Under the pieces are notes generated by a model. It saw only the letters and a list, made by a program, of their open reading frames with translations, was not told the DNA's origin and searched no databases. This document shows, one piece after another, positions 18,478-28,795 of a DNA stretch of 64,000 nucleotides. The translations under genes were made by a program, and so were the position numbers. Source of the stretch: Chitinophagales bacterium (GTDB taxonomy: Bacteria; Bacteroidota; Bacteroidia; Chitinophagales; JADIYW01); the NCBI GenBank assembly GCA_046329785.1, contig JAXLTZ010000008.1, positions 62,493-126,492 on the forward strand. The letters are read 5' to 3'. Each line of letters starts with the position of its first letter. The first letter of the stretch is position 1.

Positions 18478-20712
18478 TTAATGCTGAATAATTACTTTTT
18501 GCACACCTTCTTTTTCTCCGTCAGATATTTTTAGCAAGTACATACCATTAGCAATAGTATTTGTATTTAGTTCAATTACATTTTTTAAGAAATACTTTTC
18601 GGTAAATATTTGCTGACCTACGAGATTAAACAACTGTAATTGGATTATTTTTTTGATGCCTTCCCATTCAATAAACAATTGCTGGGTTGCCGGATTCGGA
18701 TAGAAATCAAAATCTAATTTCTCTATAAAATTATTTCTGATAGCGGTAGGCATAAAAGGAGGTGGGTCCTGACTGAACAAAATGAATCCACCGTCAATAT
18801 TACCGGTAAGCAATTCTAATTTTCCGTCCCCTGTAATGTCGGCTATTGCAGAAGAGGTACGGCTGCCTAAGTAATCCGAAACAATGGGAGCAGTGAACGT
18901 AAATATGCCATTCAGATTATCTTCAATATTATCGTAAAATTGTAATCCGCTTGTATTGGTGCCTAATACTAAATCGTATTTCCCGTCGTTGTTGATATCC
19001 GCAATACATGGATGTGTGTAACCGATAGCAATATTGTTTGTTTTAATTTTTACTTTGCCTAATGAATCGGTAACGAAAGAAAGTTTAATGCCGTTGAGTT
19101 CATTTCCTTTATAAAAATTAAGATTGCCGTTTCGTTCACCAATAATTAAATCTGTTTTTCCATCGCGGTTTATATCTATCAGAAAGGGAGCTGCACCTGA
19201 ACCAATTGAAATATTGGTTAGCGATGAGTCTTTTAAGATTCCACGGTAAATCAGATTTGGTGTATTACCGCTGCCTGCTGTGTTTTCCCAGTAAATAATT
19301 CTGCCGTCAGCAATTCCGACAACTAAATCTGTATCATTGTCGTTATCTATATCTCCGGCTGCAGGAACCGGATCTTTCACATTTAAAGTACTTACGCCTA
19401 AATAATCATCCTCTTCTAAATTATACTTTGGTTGAGTAGTTGTTCCAGTATTTTTATAAAATTGTAATTTATATACAGTACCATTATTGTCTCTGAAACC
19501 GCCACTGCCGGTTAAGATATCTTTTAGACCATCGCCGTTTATATCAATAAAACAAGGATAGGAGTTTTCTCCTGCATCTATCATATTGTCTAATAAAAAA
19601 TCTTTCTGCTGAAGTCTTAATTTCAAAAATTGGTTTCTGCTGTTTTTGTAATACCAGATATTATTTACATTGGCGGCTCCTTCATCAAAAGTGGAAACCA
19701 ATAAATCCGTTTTGTTGTCATTGTTTACATCTATAAATACAGGAACTCCAAATGAGTTTGTATTAAACGGTGTATCTTGATTTGGATACGTTGCATCTTC
19801 TCTTAATATACTTCCATAATTTTTTGTGCCATCATTATAGAGCATTGTCAGATTGTTTAAACCAACACTTCCTATCAATGCATCTGCAGCATCGTTTCCG
19901 TCTACATCCGTAACATCGATGGAGGAACCGGTATGGAGGATTTGTTCCGTTCCGTTTAATCGATTAAATTTAAAACTACAGGTGTCGCGTAATGAATACG
20001 AGGCAGAAAATGTATCTTCCACATTTCCCCAGCAATTATCTGATTTACTGAAAAATAAACTATCACATGGCAGGCTTAATTCCTTTTTCTGGTTTTCGTA
20101 ATAAATTAAACGGTTGCCAAAAACATTAAACGAAATAACATCCAAGTCTCCATCTCTGTTGACATCGGCAACAGCAGGTTTTATTACATCTGAACAATAA
20201 ACATTAATAATTCCGCTAGTGCCCTGATAAAAGAATCCATCTTGCTGTAATTTGTAATTCAATGTATCTCCGATATAATACCCTTTATAAACCATGAGAT
20301 TGGCAATGCCGTTGTAGGTAAAAATATCTTCAATGCCATCGCAGTTGTAATCTTTCATAATCATCCAGCCACTTACGGGAGGAAAATGTGCAGCATATTT
20401 ATGTTCAAATTTATAATCAATAGAATTGTCAGAAAGTGCTAAGAAAACACAATATTTTTTGTTGGATTTATCATACACGATTAAATCTTTTTTGCCATCT
20501 CTGTTTACGTCTGCTTTGCCGAATTGAACACTATTCAATCCGCCTGTCCAGGGGTAACGCATCTGCATTCCGTTTTTTGAAACCGGTAAATAATCAAATC
20601 GCTGAAAATTCTGAGCACTAGATTTAAGAAAACAGAATAGAGTAAAATACAGTAAAAGATGGTTGTATTTATTTGCTTTTATTTTTTGATGTATTTCCGT
20701 AAAGTAACTCAT
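18478..20712 (-). CDS. FG-GAP/VCBS-repeat protein with T9SS type-A C-terminal sorting domain
   Basis: 744 aa with a signal peptide. At least 8 Ca-binding FG-GAP-type loops (DVNRDGKKDLIVYD, DVNRDGDLDVISF, DINGDGLKDILTG, DIDNDNDTDLVVG, DINRDGKTDLIIG, DINNDGKYDLVLG, DITGDGKLELLTG). The C-terminus is FYPNPATQQLFIEW...GMYLLKISDGEKEGVQKVIIQH. Confidence 0.88.
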   Translation of the reverse strand: MSYFTEIHQKIKANKYNHLLLYFTLFCFLKSSAQNFQRFDYLPVSKNGMQMRYPWTGGLNSVQFGKADVNRDGKKDLIVYDKSNKKYCVFLALSDNSIDYKFEHKYAAHFPPVSGWMIMKDYNCDGIEDIFTYNGIANLMVYKGYYIGDTLNYKLQQDGFFYQGTSGIINVYCSDVIKPAVADVNRDGDLDVISFNVFGNRLIYYENQKKELSLPCDSLFFSKSDNCWGNVEDTFSASYSLRDTCSFKFNRLNGTEQILHTGSSIDVTDVDGNDAADALIGSVGLNNLTMLYNDGTKNYGSILREDATYPNQDTPFNTNSFGVPVFIDVNNDNKTDLLVSTFDEGAANVNNIWYYKNSRNQFLKLRLQQKDFLLDNMIDAGENSYPCFIDINGDGLKDILTGSGGFRDNNGTVYKLQFYKNTGTTTQPKYNLEEDDYLGVSTLNVKDPVPAAGDIDNDNDTDLVVGIADGRIIYWENTAGSGNTPNLIYRGILKDSSLTNISIGSGAAPFLIDINRDGKTDLIIGERNGNLNFYKGNELNGIKLSFVTDSLGKVKIKTNNIAIGYTHPCIADINNDGKYDLVLGTNTSGLQFYDNIEDNLNGIFTFTAPIVSDYLGSRTSSAIADITGDGKLELLTGNIDGGFILFSQDPPPFMPTAIRNNFIEKLDFDFYPNPATQQLFIEWEGIKKIIQLQLFNLVGQQIFTEKYFLKNVIELNTNTIANGMYLLKISDGEKEGVQKVIIQH

Positions 20713-20756
20713 TCCGATGTTAAGACAAATAAAGGTAATAAATAGTTGTTTGAAAA

Positions 20757-23315
20757 TTAAAACGGATATCCGATGGCAAAGTTAAAACCCATAAAATCTT
20801 TAACGCTTAATTTATAATTTCCGAGCGGTTGATTTCTCGGTTGTTTCAATACTTCATACTTGTCATTATTGATTTTATTAAATGTCCATCTGTCTCCTTT
20901 TGGAAAAGCCGGATCATATAAAGCATAACCTACATCGAAACGAACAACGAAGAAACTTAAATCCATTCTTAAGCCTACGCCAACATCCCAGGCTAATTCC
21001 TGCATAAAACGTTTTGCGTTAAAATCTGCTAAAGGTTTATCGGGGTCAGCTTTTATCAGCCAAATATTTCCAATATCCGTGAAGAGAGCTCCTTTAAATA
21101 ATTTATAGATGCCAAATCTGTATTCAGCATTAAACTCAAATTTTAAGTCACCTGTTTGGTCGAGATTATTTCTGTTAATCCCATAAGTATTATATCCACC
21201 GGGACCTAGTTTTCTGAAACCCCAGCCTCGTAAAGAATTCGGACCACCGGCAAAAAATTGTTTGATATATGGAATTACAGCAACTTCTCTCTGAAAAGAT
21301 GTATCTCTTCCCTGGTATTTTGTTTGCGTTGTAATATATTTTGAGTTCCCATATGGAATTCCAACACCAATAAACATTCGAAAACTCAGTGCTTGCCCAC
21401 GTTTAAAATTAAAGAAGTACCTGGGTTCTATTTCAAACCGGGCAAATTGCGCGAAATTAACTTTTCCTAATTTGTATGGTAACTCTTTTTCTTTTTGTGC
21501 AATGGAAGAAAATGCGAACAATATATTACCTGCGAAAAATGCATTGCCTCTGAGATAGAAGAAGTTTTTATACTTTCCGACATTCAGGTTCTGATTAGTA
21601 TAAGAAAAAGTATATTCCTGTCCAAGAATAAATTGCTGATTAAAACTTTGTTTTAAGCGAGCATTTTTGTCCAGTTCTGTTTGAAAGGAATCACTGATTT
21701 TTGAGGGAATGACGTAAGTAAAATTTAACGGAGAGAAGATATGTCTGAATTTGTCATTGTACCATTCATAGCCATAACTGGTTCCCACCGTTTGAATATT
21801 GTATAAGCCAATTCTTTTTTGAAAATTATAGTTCAGGCTGATAAAGGTACGTGGTTTATATTTTTGATACGTGTTACATTTATTCTTTTTAAAAGCAGGG
21901 AAGATGCGGGCTAAATTTATTTTGGCTTCCATATTGAAGTTTACCGCATTTACTGCGTTATTCTCCAAACGTTTTTCCTTCAGTAACTGAAACTCTACAC
22001 CACTACTTACATTAAATTGAAATTTAGCTGCAGAACGAAATAGATTATTATTTCTGTAAGCACCTACGAGGTTAAAGCCAAGCGTACTTTGCGCATTGGT
22101 ATTTAACTCAACGTCCGTGCTGAAAGCATGTCTTTTGGCAGGTGCACATTTTATACGAGTGTATAAACCACTTTCTTCCGGCGAAATGGATATAGGTTCA
22201 TGTTCTATATTTACAAATCTGAAGACGCCTAAACTGTTCAGAGCACTTCTGGTTTTCAGAAGCTGGTCTTTATTAAAATAATCTCCGGGCTTTATGTAAA
22301 TAGATTTTGTGAGCGCTCTTGGCAGTACAGATGTTTTTAGTACACGATAATTAACATCACAGATGGTATCATAAATGAAATTCTTGCGTGTAAGTTTTAA
22401 GTTTGCTTTCTTATCATCGAAGTTTAAAATCTCAAATGCGATTTCGACGTACGAATATTTTTTATGATTCAGAGAGTCTGCTTCATTCTTGACAATCAGG
22501 TTTACGTCAATTTGATGGTTGCCAATTGTACTGTCGATATTCATATAAATATAATCAGGACTAAAGGTGAAGAACCCCTGATTTTGAATCATGTCAGCCA
22601 AACGTTGTCGTTCTTTTTTTACAATATCAATATCAAATGGATCTCCTTTTAAAACCAGTCTGTCTTTTACATTCTTATTTACAATCTGCAAAACAAGACT
22701 GTCCTCAGCTGTTATTGTAATATTACGGTAAGTAAACTGCGGACCTGTGGTAACATGATAGGTAACTGCTGTTTTTTTCTTTTTAGTCTTATATGAGGCT
22801 GTAACATCGCTGTAAAAATACCCATGATAGAATAGGTAATTTTTCATTCTTCGAATGGAAGTTTCCATGGTAGTAGAGTCAAACAAAACAGGAGATTCGC
22901 CCCCTGATGTCTGATTCAGGAAATTTTCGAATTTTTTCTTCTTTAACAGTTTTCTCAATTCAATAGAATCTTTCTTTGAGTAATTGTTATGCGCAATTAA
23001 AGAGTCTAACTCTTGTTTGCGTTTCAGACGTTTTTCGTTTTTTAAGACAGACATTGTGTATATGCCCAATTTTAAACGGAAGATGCTAAGAAATTTTTTA
23101 TTGGGTTGCTGGTTGTAGACTACCTGTTTTGCCAGTTCTGTTTTTAATTCCGTTTTATCACTAACTACTTTGCCGGTATATTTTACAGAAATTCCGTTTC
23201 CAACGAGCAGACTTTGGTCATCTTTTATTAAACGTTTAGTTGCACTGCAAGAATACAATAGCAGTATGCACACAACATATCCTATTTTTTTACATCTTTG
23301 AAGTTTATTTTGCAT
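20757..23315 (-). CDS. Omp85-family (BamA/TamA-like) outer-membrane beta-barrel protein
   Basis: About 852 aa from ATG 23315 (MQNKLQRCKKIGYVVCILLLYSCSATK). POTRA-like N-terminal part, a long beta-barrel with alternating aromatic pattern, and a terminal ..NFAIGYPF. Confidence 0.8.
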   Translation of the reverse strand: MQNKLQRCKKIGYVVCILLLYSCSATKRLIKDDQSLLVGNGISVKYTGKVVSDKTELKTELAKQVVYNQQPNKKFLSIFRLKLGIYTMSVLKNEKRLKRKQELDSLIAHNNYSKKDSIELRKLLKKKKFENFLNQTSGGESPVLFDSTTMETSIRRMKNYLFYHGYFYSDVTASYKTKKKKTAVTYHVTTGPQFTYRNITITAEDSLVLQIVNKNVKDRLVLKGDPFDIDIVKKERQRLADMIQNQGFFTFSPDYIYMNIDSTIGNHQIDVNLIVKNEADSLNHKKYSYVEIAFEILNFDDKKANLKLTRKNFIYDTICDVNYRVLKTSVLPRALTKSIYIKPGDYFNKDQLLKTRSALNSLGVFRFVNIEHEPISISPEESGLYTRIKCAPAKRHAFSTDVELNTNAQSTLGFNLVGAYRNNNLFRSAAKFQFNVSSGVEFQLLKEKRLENNAVNAVNFNMEAKINLARIFPAFKKNKCNTYQKYKPRTFISLNYNFQKRIGLYNIQTVGTSYGYEWYNDKFRHIFSPLNFTYVIPSKISDSFQTELDKNARLKQSFNQQFILGQEYTFSYTNQNLNVGKYKNFFYLRGNAFFAGNILFAFSSIAQKEKELPYKLGKVNFAQFARFEIEPRYFFNFKRGQALSFRMFIGVGIPYGNSKYITTQTKYQGRDTSFQREVAVIPYIKQFFAGGPNSLRGWGFRKLGPGGYNTYGINRNNLDQTGDLKFEFNAEYRFGIYKLFKGALFTDIGNIWLIKADPDKPLADFNAKRFMQELAWDVGVGLRMDLSFFVVRFDVGYALYDPAFPKGDRWTFNKINNDKYEVLKQPRNQPLGNYKLSVKDFMGFNFAIGYPF

Positions 23316-23316
23316 T

Positions 23317-24018
23317 ATGCTCAGCCAATTGGATATAAAACGTATAAACGCGCTCAAAATTAAGAAATACCGCACGAAGTATTCCGAATTTATCGCTGAA
23401 GGTGATAAAATTATAAAAGAATTAATAGATGAAGGTTTGGAAGTTGTTCACATCTATGCAGTGAATGATGTGTTCAATCATGAACGCTGTAAAGTTGTTA
23501 CAGAAAAAGAACTAAATAAAATTACTGCATTACAAAGTCATCACAATAGTCTCGCAGTTTTTAAATTACCGGCAAAAAAAATGCAAATCAGTACAGATGA
23601 GTGGATTCTGCTGTTAGATGATATTCAGGATCCCGGAAATATGGGCACCATTATTAGAACCTGTGATTGGTTTGGAATTAATAAAATTATTTGTTCAGAT
23701 GGTTGTGTGGATGTCTACAATCCAAAAGTGGTACAGGCAACTATGGCATCTGTTGGCAGAATACAAGTTACAGAGGCTGATTTAGAAAAAATTATTTCAG
23801 AAAATAATTTACCTGTTTATGGTGCTGTATTAAATGGCAAAAATTATCACGAACAGTCTTTTACAAAAAAAGGGTTTATTTTAATTGGCAATGAAGGACA
23901 CGGTATCAATAAAGATTTACAGAATAAAATTACGTTTCCGATTACCATTCCTAAAACAGGGAAAGCAGAGTCTTTAAATGCTGCTATTGCGACGGCATTG
24001 ATTTTGGATAAATTATAA
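23317..24018 (+). CDS. TrmH/SpoU-family RNA 2'-O-methyltransferase
   Basis: 233 aa. SpoU motifs: DDIQDPGNMGTIIRTCDWFG, LIGNEGHGI and ESLNAAIATALIL. Confidence 0.85.
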   Translation: MLSQLDIKRINALKIKKYRTKYSEFIAEGDKIIKELIDEGLEVVHIYAVNDVFNHERCKVVTEKELNKITALQSHHNSLAVFKLPAKKMQISTDEWILLLDDIQDPGNMGTIIRTCDWFGINKIICSDGCVDVYNPKVVQATMASVGRIQVTEADLEKIISENNLPVYGAVLNGKNYHEQSFTKKGFILIGNEGHGINKDLQNKITFPITIPKTGKAESLNAAIATALILDKL

Positions 24019-24022
24019 AAAC

Positions 24023-24919
24023 TTATTTCGTTTTTGGTGTATATAAATCAAACTCTCTTATTTTTCCAACATTCGGAACGTCACCGTCTTTTCGTTTTTC
24101 GTAAGTAATATTCTCTACATGCCTCCATTTTCCTTTTTTCCATTCAAAGCCTTCGTAGGTTCCATCCGGTACGTAGTTGGCATAAAAACCTTCTAACGCA
24201 TCACCATTGGGTGCCACATGGTCATATACTACTTTTCTTTCATCCTCACTGTAATTCAAACCGGCACTTGCTTCTTTAGAAAATTCCAGAATAAAACGGT
24301 TCAGGATTTTGCCTCCTTCCATTTGTATAATGGGCGCACCGAAGCGTGGCTTTCCCTGTTTGTTAAACGAAAATATTTCCATCACTTTCTTGTTGCTCAC
24401 CATATTATTTCCATCCCAACCAAATAATGTATAATAAGTTTTTTTGCCTGCTTTGACAGTTTTTATTCCGTAATACAAACATCCAATCCAGTTATTATTA
24501 TCTACATTAATATCTTCCTGATGGTCGGTGAATTCTGAATAATCTATTAACGGAAACATTTTCAGGGTATCACTTTTTACCTGTATCGTCCCGAAAAACT
24601 TATAAGCATCCTCGTCGCTGCGTGCATACCAGGTAAAAATTTTAAAAGAATTGTCTTCGGGTTGTACAATTTTCCATGGTAACAAAGAATCCCATTTGTA
24701 GTAAAATGAATTTTTTATTTTTAATGCTTTTGTCAGTGTTTTAATGATTCTGTAACTGGCAATGGTACGGTTGTCTTTTTCCTGACTATTTATCAGCGTA
24801 TCTCCATACATACGGATAGTGTCCTCATATAATTTAATTTTTTGGAAGTCTTCCTGTGTTATTTGTGCTTCCGTAACGAAAGAAATTAAAGAAAAAAGGA
24901 ATAGGATATATATCTTCAT
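24023..24919 (-). CDS. secreted hypothetical protein
   Basis: 298 aa with signal peptide MKIYILFLFSLISFVTEAQ. No family recognised. Confidence 0.7.
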   Translation of the reverse strand: MKIYILFLFSLISFVTEAQITQEDFQKIKLYEDTIRMYGDTLINSQEKDNRTIASYRIIKTLTKALKIKNSFYYKWDSLLPWKIVQPEDNSFKIFTWYARSDEDAYKFFGTIQVKSDTLKMFPLIDYSEFTDHQEDINVDNNNWIGCLYYGIKTVKAGKKTYYTLFGWDGNNMVSNKKVMEIFSFNKQGKPRFGAPIIQMEGGKILNRFILEFSKEASAGLNYSEDERKVVYDHVAPNGDALEGFYANYVPDGTYEGFEWKKGKWRHVENITYEKRKDGDVPNVGKIREFDLYTPKTK

Positions 24920-25077
24920 AAATGCTGTTCTTCAAAATTAATACCAAAAATAAACGTTATTATCATTAAAAAAGTATTTCATCAGATGAATTGGTATAAA
25001 TCTTGTTAATAATATTCAAAAATTGAGAGATTTAGCTATATTTCATACTGAATGCCGGTAATACAACAGATAACAAA

Positions 25078-28000
25078 ATGAAGAAACAGCTTTTATTTAT
25101 TTCGTATTTCTTTTTACTTACTTCTTATAGCTTGCAAGCACAGGTACAATGGGCCAGTAAGTTAATAGATTTTTCTTCACAATATAAGGATGACCTGATA
25201 CGCGAAAATTCAACACGCTGGAGTGCAACGCAAGTTTTAGGTTATCCGAATACACCAAGATACGGTTCCTCGCAATTGGCATGGACACCGCAACATCAGG
25301 ATGGAACGAAAGAATTTGTAACAGTAGGCTTTACTACTCCACAAACAGTGCAACAAGTTGTAGTTGGCGAAAATGCGAATGCCGGTGCAGTTGCTGAAAT
25401 TATCTTATATGATAATACCGGCAAGAAATTTACTGTGTATGAGAATGATCATCCGACACCCACACAAAAAATGTATGATGTGTTGACCTATTTTAAAATA
25501 AAACCCACTTATAATGTTGTAAAGTTGAAATTAGTGATTAATACAAACGCTGTATATGGCAGAGAAGAAATTGACTGCATAGGAATATCATCTTCTACGA
25601 CACCTTATCAGCATAATATAAATGTCATAAAATACAGTGAAGCGGTTGGACAGCCTGAAAACTTAGGCTCGAATGTAAACTCATCTTATTATGATCATTT
25701 GCCGCTAATTTCTCCTGATGGAAGTATGTTGTATTTTACCAGAAAATTATCTGATGAAAATAACGCCAGAGAATTTAATGATGATATCTATTATTCCTAC
25801 ATTTTACCAACAGGAAAATTTTCAAAAGCAGAAAATATCGGTTCTCCCTTAAATACATCTGATCATAATTTTGTTTGCTATGTGAGTTCTGATAACAACA
25901 GATTGTATGTTGCAAATAAGTACATTAAAAATACCTATAACTTTGCAGGTTTATCTGTTTCTACCAAACAAAAAGAAGGCAGTTGGAGCAAACCAAAACC
26001 ATTAAACATTCCGGATTTATATAATAAAAATGAGTTTGCTCATTATTATATGAATATAAATGAAAATGTTGCATTGATGTCCATTCAGCGTGATGATTCC
26101 TATGGCGACCTGGATTTGTATGTTTCTAAAAAATCTTATGACGGTGCGTGGTCCACACCCAAGAACCTTGGTCCGGTAATTAATACGGTAGGTGCAGAAG
26201 GAAGTATTTTTTTAGCAGCAGATGGTAAGACATTGTATTTCTCATCTACCGGCCATCCGGGTTTTGGTAGTTATGATATGTTTATGAGTAAACGTTTGGA
26301 TGATACCTGGACGAACTGGAGTAAACCCTTGAACTTAGGAGCACAAATAAACTCTGATGAAATGGATATTTACTACACAATTCCTGCATCAGGTGATTAT
26401 GCTTATTTTTCGAGTGGTAAAACAATGTATGGCTTGAATGATCTATACAGAATTCGATTGCCAAAAGAAATCAGACCTGATTTTGTGGATACTAAAAAAT
26501 TGTTGACAACACAAACACCTGTTAATACGATTAGCTCTCCCGTAACAGTAAATGCTCAGTTAAACCCACAGAAAACAAGTACTGCTACTTTGCCGCCACA
26601 AACAGTAAGCACTCCTGCAAAAATAATAACGAATACAGCACCGGACGATTTGCAAAAAAAGATAGATGCGCTGAAACAGCAACAAACACAAGCTACACAA
26701 CCAACTTCGACTGTAACGCCAACCGTCACAAAACCGGTTGTTCAACAGCCATCAACCGTATCGGCAAACACAACACCGCCAACTTCAACAAAAAAAGAAG
26801 TATTAAATTCCATACAACCTTATCAGACACCTCAGGAACAAAGGCCAAAACCGGAAACAACCAATACTATACGACCGGTTGAAACACCCAAGCCAGCTCC
26901 AAAAGTATTAACACCTGAAGAAATTGCCGCACGGGAACAACAGAAAAATAACCCTTCTGTAAATCCTAATTCGGATGGTTTAGCTACACTTACGCGAACA
27001 ACTATGCCTCAAACAACTAAACAACCTGCTGTTCAGGATAGAGTTGCTGTTTCGACACCTGCACCAAATTATACTATCAATGAAGTAGAACCAACAGTTG
27101 TTTCAAGCTCAACCACATATAATCAGCCATTAAAAACAAGCACACCACAAACGGATGAATTACAACAAAAGTTGGACGCATTAAAAAAACAACAGAATCA
27201 ACCAACTTTAAATTCAACTGCGACTTCAACGTACATCAAGCCATCAGAAACTAAAACAATTGCAGAGCAATATCCGAATCCGCAGCCTGTATTGCCTCAG
27301 TCAAATGCAAAAACGGATGACTTACAACAGAAATTAGATGCTCTGAAACAACAACAACGGGAAGTCGGACAAAGTAATAAGATTTACGCAAATCCGTATG
27401 AGCAGAAACCATATGCTCCACAACCTGTCAAAGAAAAACAGGAAGACAAAGCATCACAGGATTATGATGATTATCAGAAAAAATTAGAAGCATTAAAGCA
27501 ACAACAAAAAAATGCTACTGTAACATCGAGTAATAAACCTGTTAATGTACAACAGCCAACAGTTACTAATTCACAACCAACAATTATTAGTTCACAACCT
27601 GCTACTACTCCCACACCAAATGTAAGTAGTCAAACTCCAAATCTTGTTACTCAAACACCTAATCCTATCGTTTCTAAATATGAAGAAAAACTAAGAAAGT
27701 TGAAAGAAGAAATGGCTGTGTTAAATGCACCTACCCAAAAAGAAGATAGTAAGCTGCCTTCTATATCAACTTCTTCAACACCGGCAGCATTAATACAATC
27801 AACACCAATATCCGAGGTAGAACCTAAAAAAGAAGAACCTAAGGCAGTGGTAATTTCTGCGGAAGAAAAACCATCTGTTGGTCTGACTATACCCTCAGCA
27901 GATAATAGTATTCCAATAAATTCACAGGTACAACCTATCAATAGTTCAGCAGTTGATTTAGAACGTGAAAAAGCAAAATTAGATTCGATACAGTATGCGC

Positions 28001-28758
28001 AAAAAGCAGCTGAACAAAAAATGCTCGAAACTCTGGATAAAATGGGAACAAGCAAACAGTCTTTAGAAAAGGACATAGTTGACTTACAAGAACAACGTAC
28101 TAAATTTAATGATGAAAAAGATAAACTTACAGCACAAAATTCATTACTGATAGGAGAGAAAGAGAAACTGGAACTGGAGAAAAAAAAGATGGATGATTTA
28201 CTTGCTCAGATGCAGGCAGAACGGGATAAGTTGGCTGCTGAGAAATTAAAGATTGAACAAGACAAAGCGAAATTGGAGTTGCTGAAGAAACAACAGGAAA
28301 AAGACGTTTTAGCACTTAAACGGTCAATAGACTCTCTTGGAAAGATACAGCAACAAACAGCCAGCAATGCACAGCTACAGCAAAAATATGATTTATTCAA
28401 TGTGCCTTTAAAGGTTGGGGCTGTAGCGCAGGTTAATAATATTTATTTTGTTGCGGATGCGTCCTTCTTACAAATTCCGTCATATCCGGAACTGGATAAA
28501 GTGGTATTGTTTTTGGCAAGAAACAACACACTCAAGGTAGAAATTGGAGGTCATACTAATGGCTTATGTGATGATGCTTATTGTCAGAAGCTATCAACAA
28601 GCAGAGCAAAAACATGTGTCGATTATTTAATCAGTAAAGGGATAGCTTCAGACAGGTTAAGTTATAAAGGCTACGGAAAGACACAGTTGCTAAAACCGGA
28701 AACACCGGGAAATCCTTTAAATCAACGTGTTGAAATAAAAATTTTAAGTGTTGATTAA
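25078..28758 (+). CDS. large OmpA-family protein: TolB-like PD40 beta-propeller, Pro/Thr/Gln-rich spacer with zipper motifs, coiled coil, C-terminal OmpA peptidoglycan-binding domain
   Basis: 1,226 aa with a signal peptide. PD40-type repeats (ISPDGSMLYFTR, VSSDNNRLYVAN, LAADGKTLYFSS). A low-complexity spacer runs about 26,470-27,950 and a heptad coiled coil about 27,950-28,390. OmpA motifs: IYFVADASF...GHTNGLCDDAYCQKLSTSRAKTCVDYL...NQRVEIKIL. Confidence 0.88.
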   Translation: MKKQLLFISYFFLLTSYSLQAQVQWASKLIDFSSQYKDDLIRENSTRWSATQVLGYPNTPRYGSSQLAWTPQHQDGTKEFVTVGFTTPQTVQQVVVGENANAGAVAEIILYDNTGKKFTVYENDHPTPTQKMYDVLTYFKIKPTYNVVKLKLVINTNAVYGREEIDCIGISSSTTPYQHNINVIKYSEAVGQPENLGSNVNSSYYDHLPLISPDGSMLYFTRKLSDENNAREFNDDIYYSYILPTGKFSKAENIGSPLNTSDHNFVCYVSSDNNRLYVANKYIKNTYNFAGLSVSTKQKEGSWSKPKPLNIPDLYNKNEFAHYYMNINENVALMSIQRDDSYGDLDLYVSKKSYDGAWSTPKNLGPVINTVGAEGSIFLAADGKTLYFSSTGHPGFGSYDMFMSKRLDDTWTNWSKPLNLGAQINSDEMDIYYTIPASGDYAYFSSGKTMYGLNDLYRIRLPKEIRPDFVDTKKLLTTQTPVNTISSPVTVNAQLNPQKTSTATLPPQTVSTPAKIITNTAPDDLQKKIDALKQQQTQATQPTSTVTPTVTKPVVQQPSTVSANTTPPTSTKKEVLNSIQPYQTPQEQRPKPETTNTIRPVETPKPAPKVLTPEEIAAREQQKNNPSVNPNSDGLATLTRTTMPQTTKQPAVQDRVAVSTPAPNYTINEVEPTVVSSSTTYNQPLKTSTPQTDELQQKLDALKKQQNQPTLNSTATSTYIKPSETKTIAEQYPNPQPVLPQSNAKTDDLQQKLDALKQQQREVGQSNKIYANPYEQKPYAPQPVKEKQEDKASQDYDDYQKKLEALKQQQKNATVTSSNKPVNVQQPTVTNSQPTIISSQPATTPTPNVSSQTPNLVTQTPNPIVSKYEEKLRKLKEEMAVLNAPTQKEDSKLPSISTSSTPAALIQSTPISEVEPKKEEPKAVVISAEEKPSVGLTIPSADNSIPINSQVQPINSSAVDLEREKAKLDSIQYAQKAAEQKMLETLDKMGTSKQSLEKDIVDLQEQRTKFNDEKDKLTAQNSLLIGEKEKLELEKKKMDDLLAQMQAERDKLAAEKLKIEQDKAKLELLKKQQEKDVLALKRSIDSLGKIQQQTASNAQLQQKYDLFNVPLKVGAVAQVNNIYFVADASFLQIPSYPELDKVVLFLARNNTLKVEIGGHTNGLCDDAYCQKLSTSRAKTCVDYLISKGIASDRLSYKGYGKTQLLKPETPGNPLNQRVEIKILSVD

Positions 28759-28783
28759 TTTTCTTTAAACCTTCAAGGTTTAG

Positions 28784-28791
28784 TATATTTG
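28784..28791 (+). promoter_or_regulatory. Bacteroidota-type -7 box (TATATTTG) for the MutA-like gene
   Basis: Exact TAnnTTTG match ending 4 nt before ATG 28796, implying a near-leaderless transcript. Confidence 0.4.
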
Positions 28792-28795
28792 CTTC

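Noticed and set aside
28767-28781. Short palindrome AAACCTTCAAGGTTT after the OmpA gene considered as a terminator
   Set aside because: The two 7-nt arms are separated by a single base, so the usable stem is only about 5 bp. There is no following T run. This is too weak to call.
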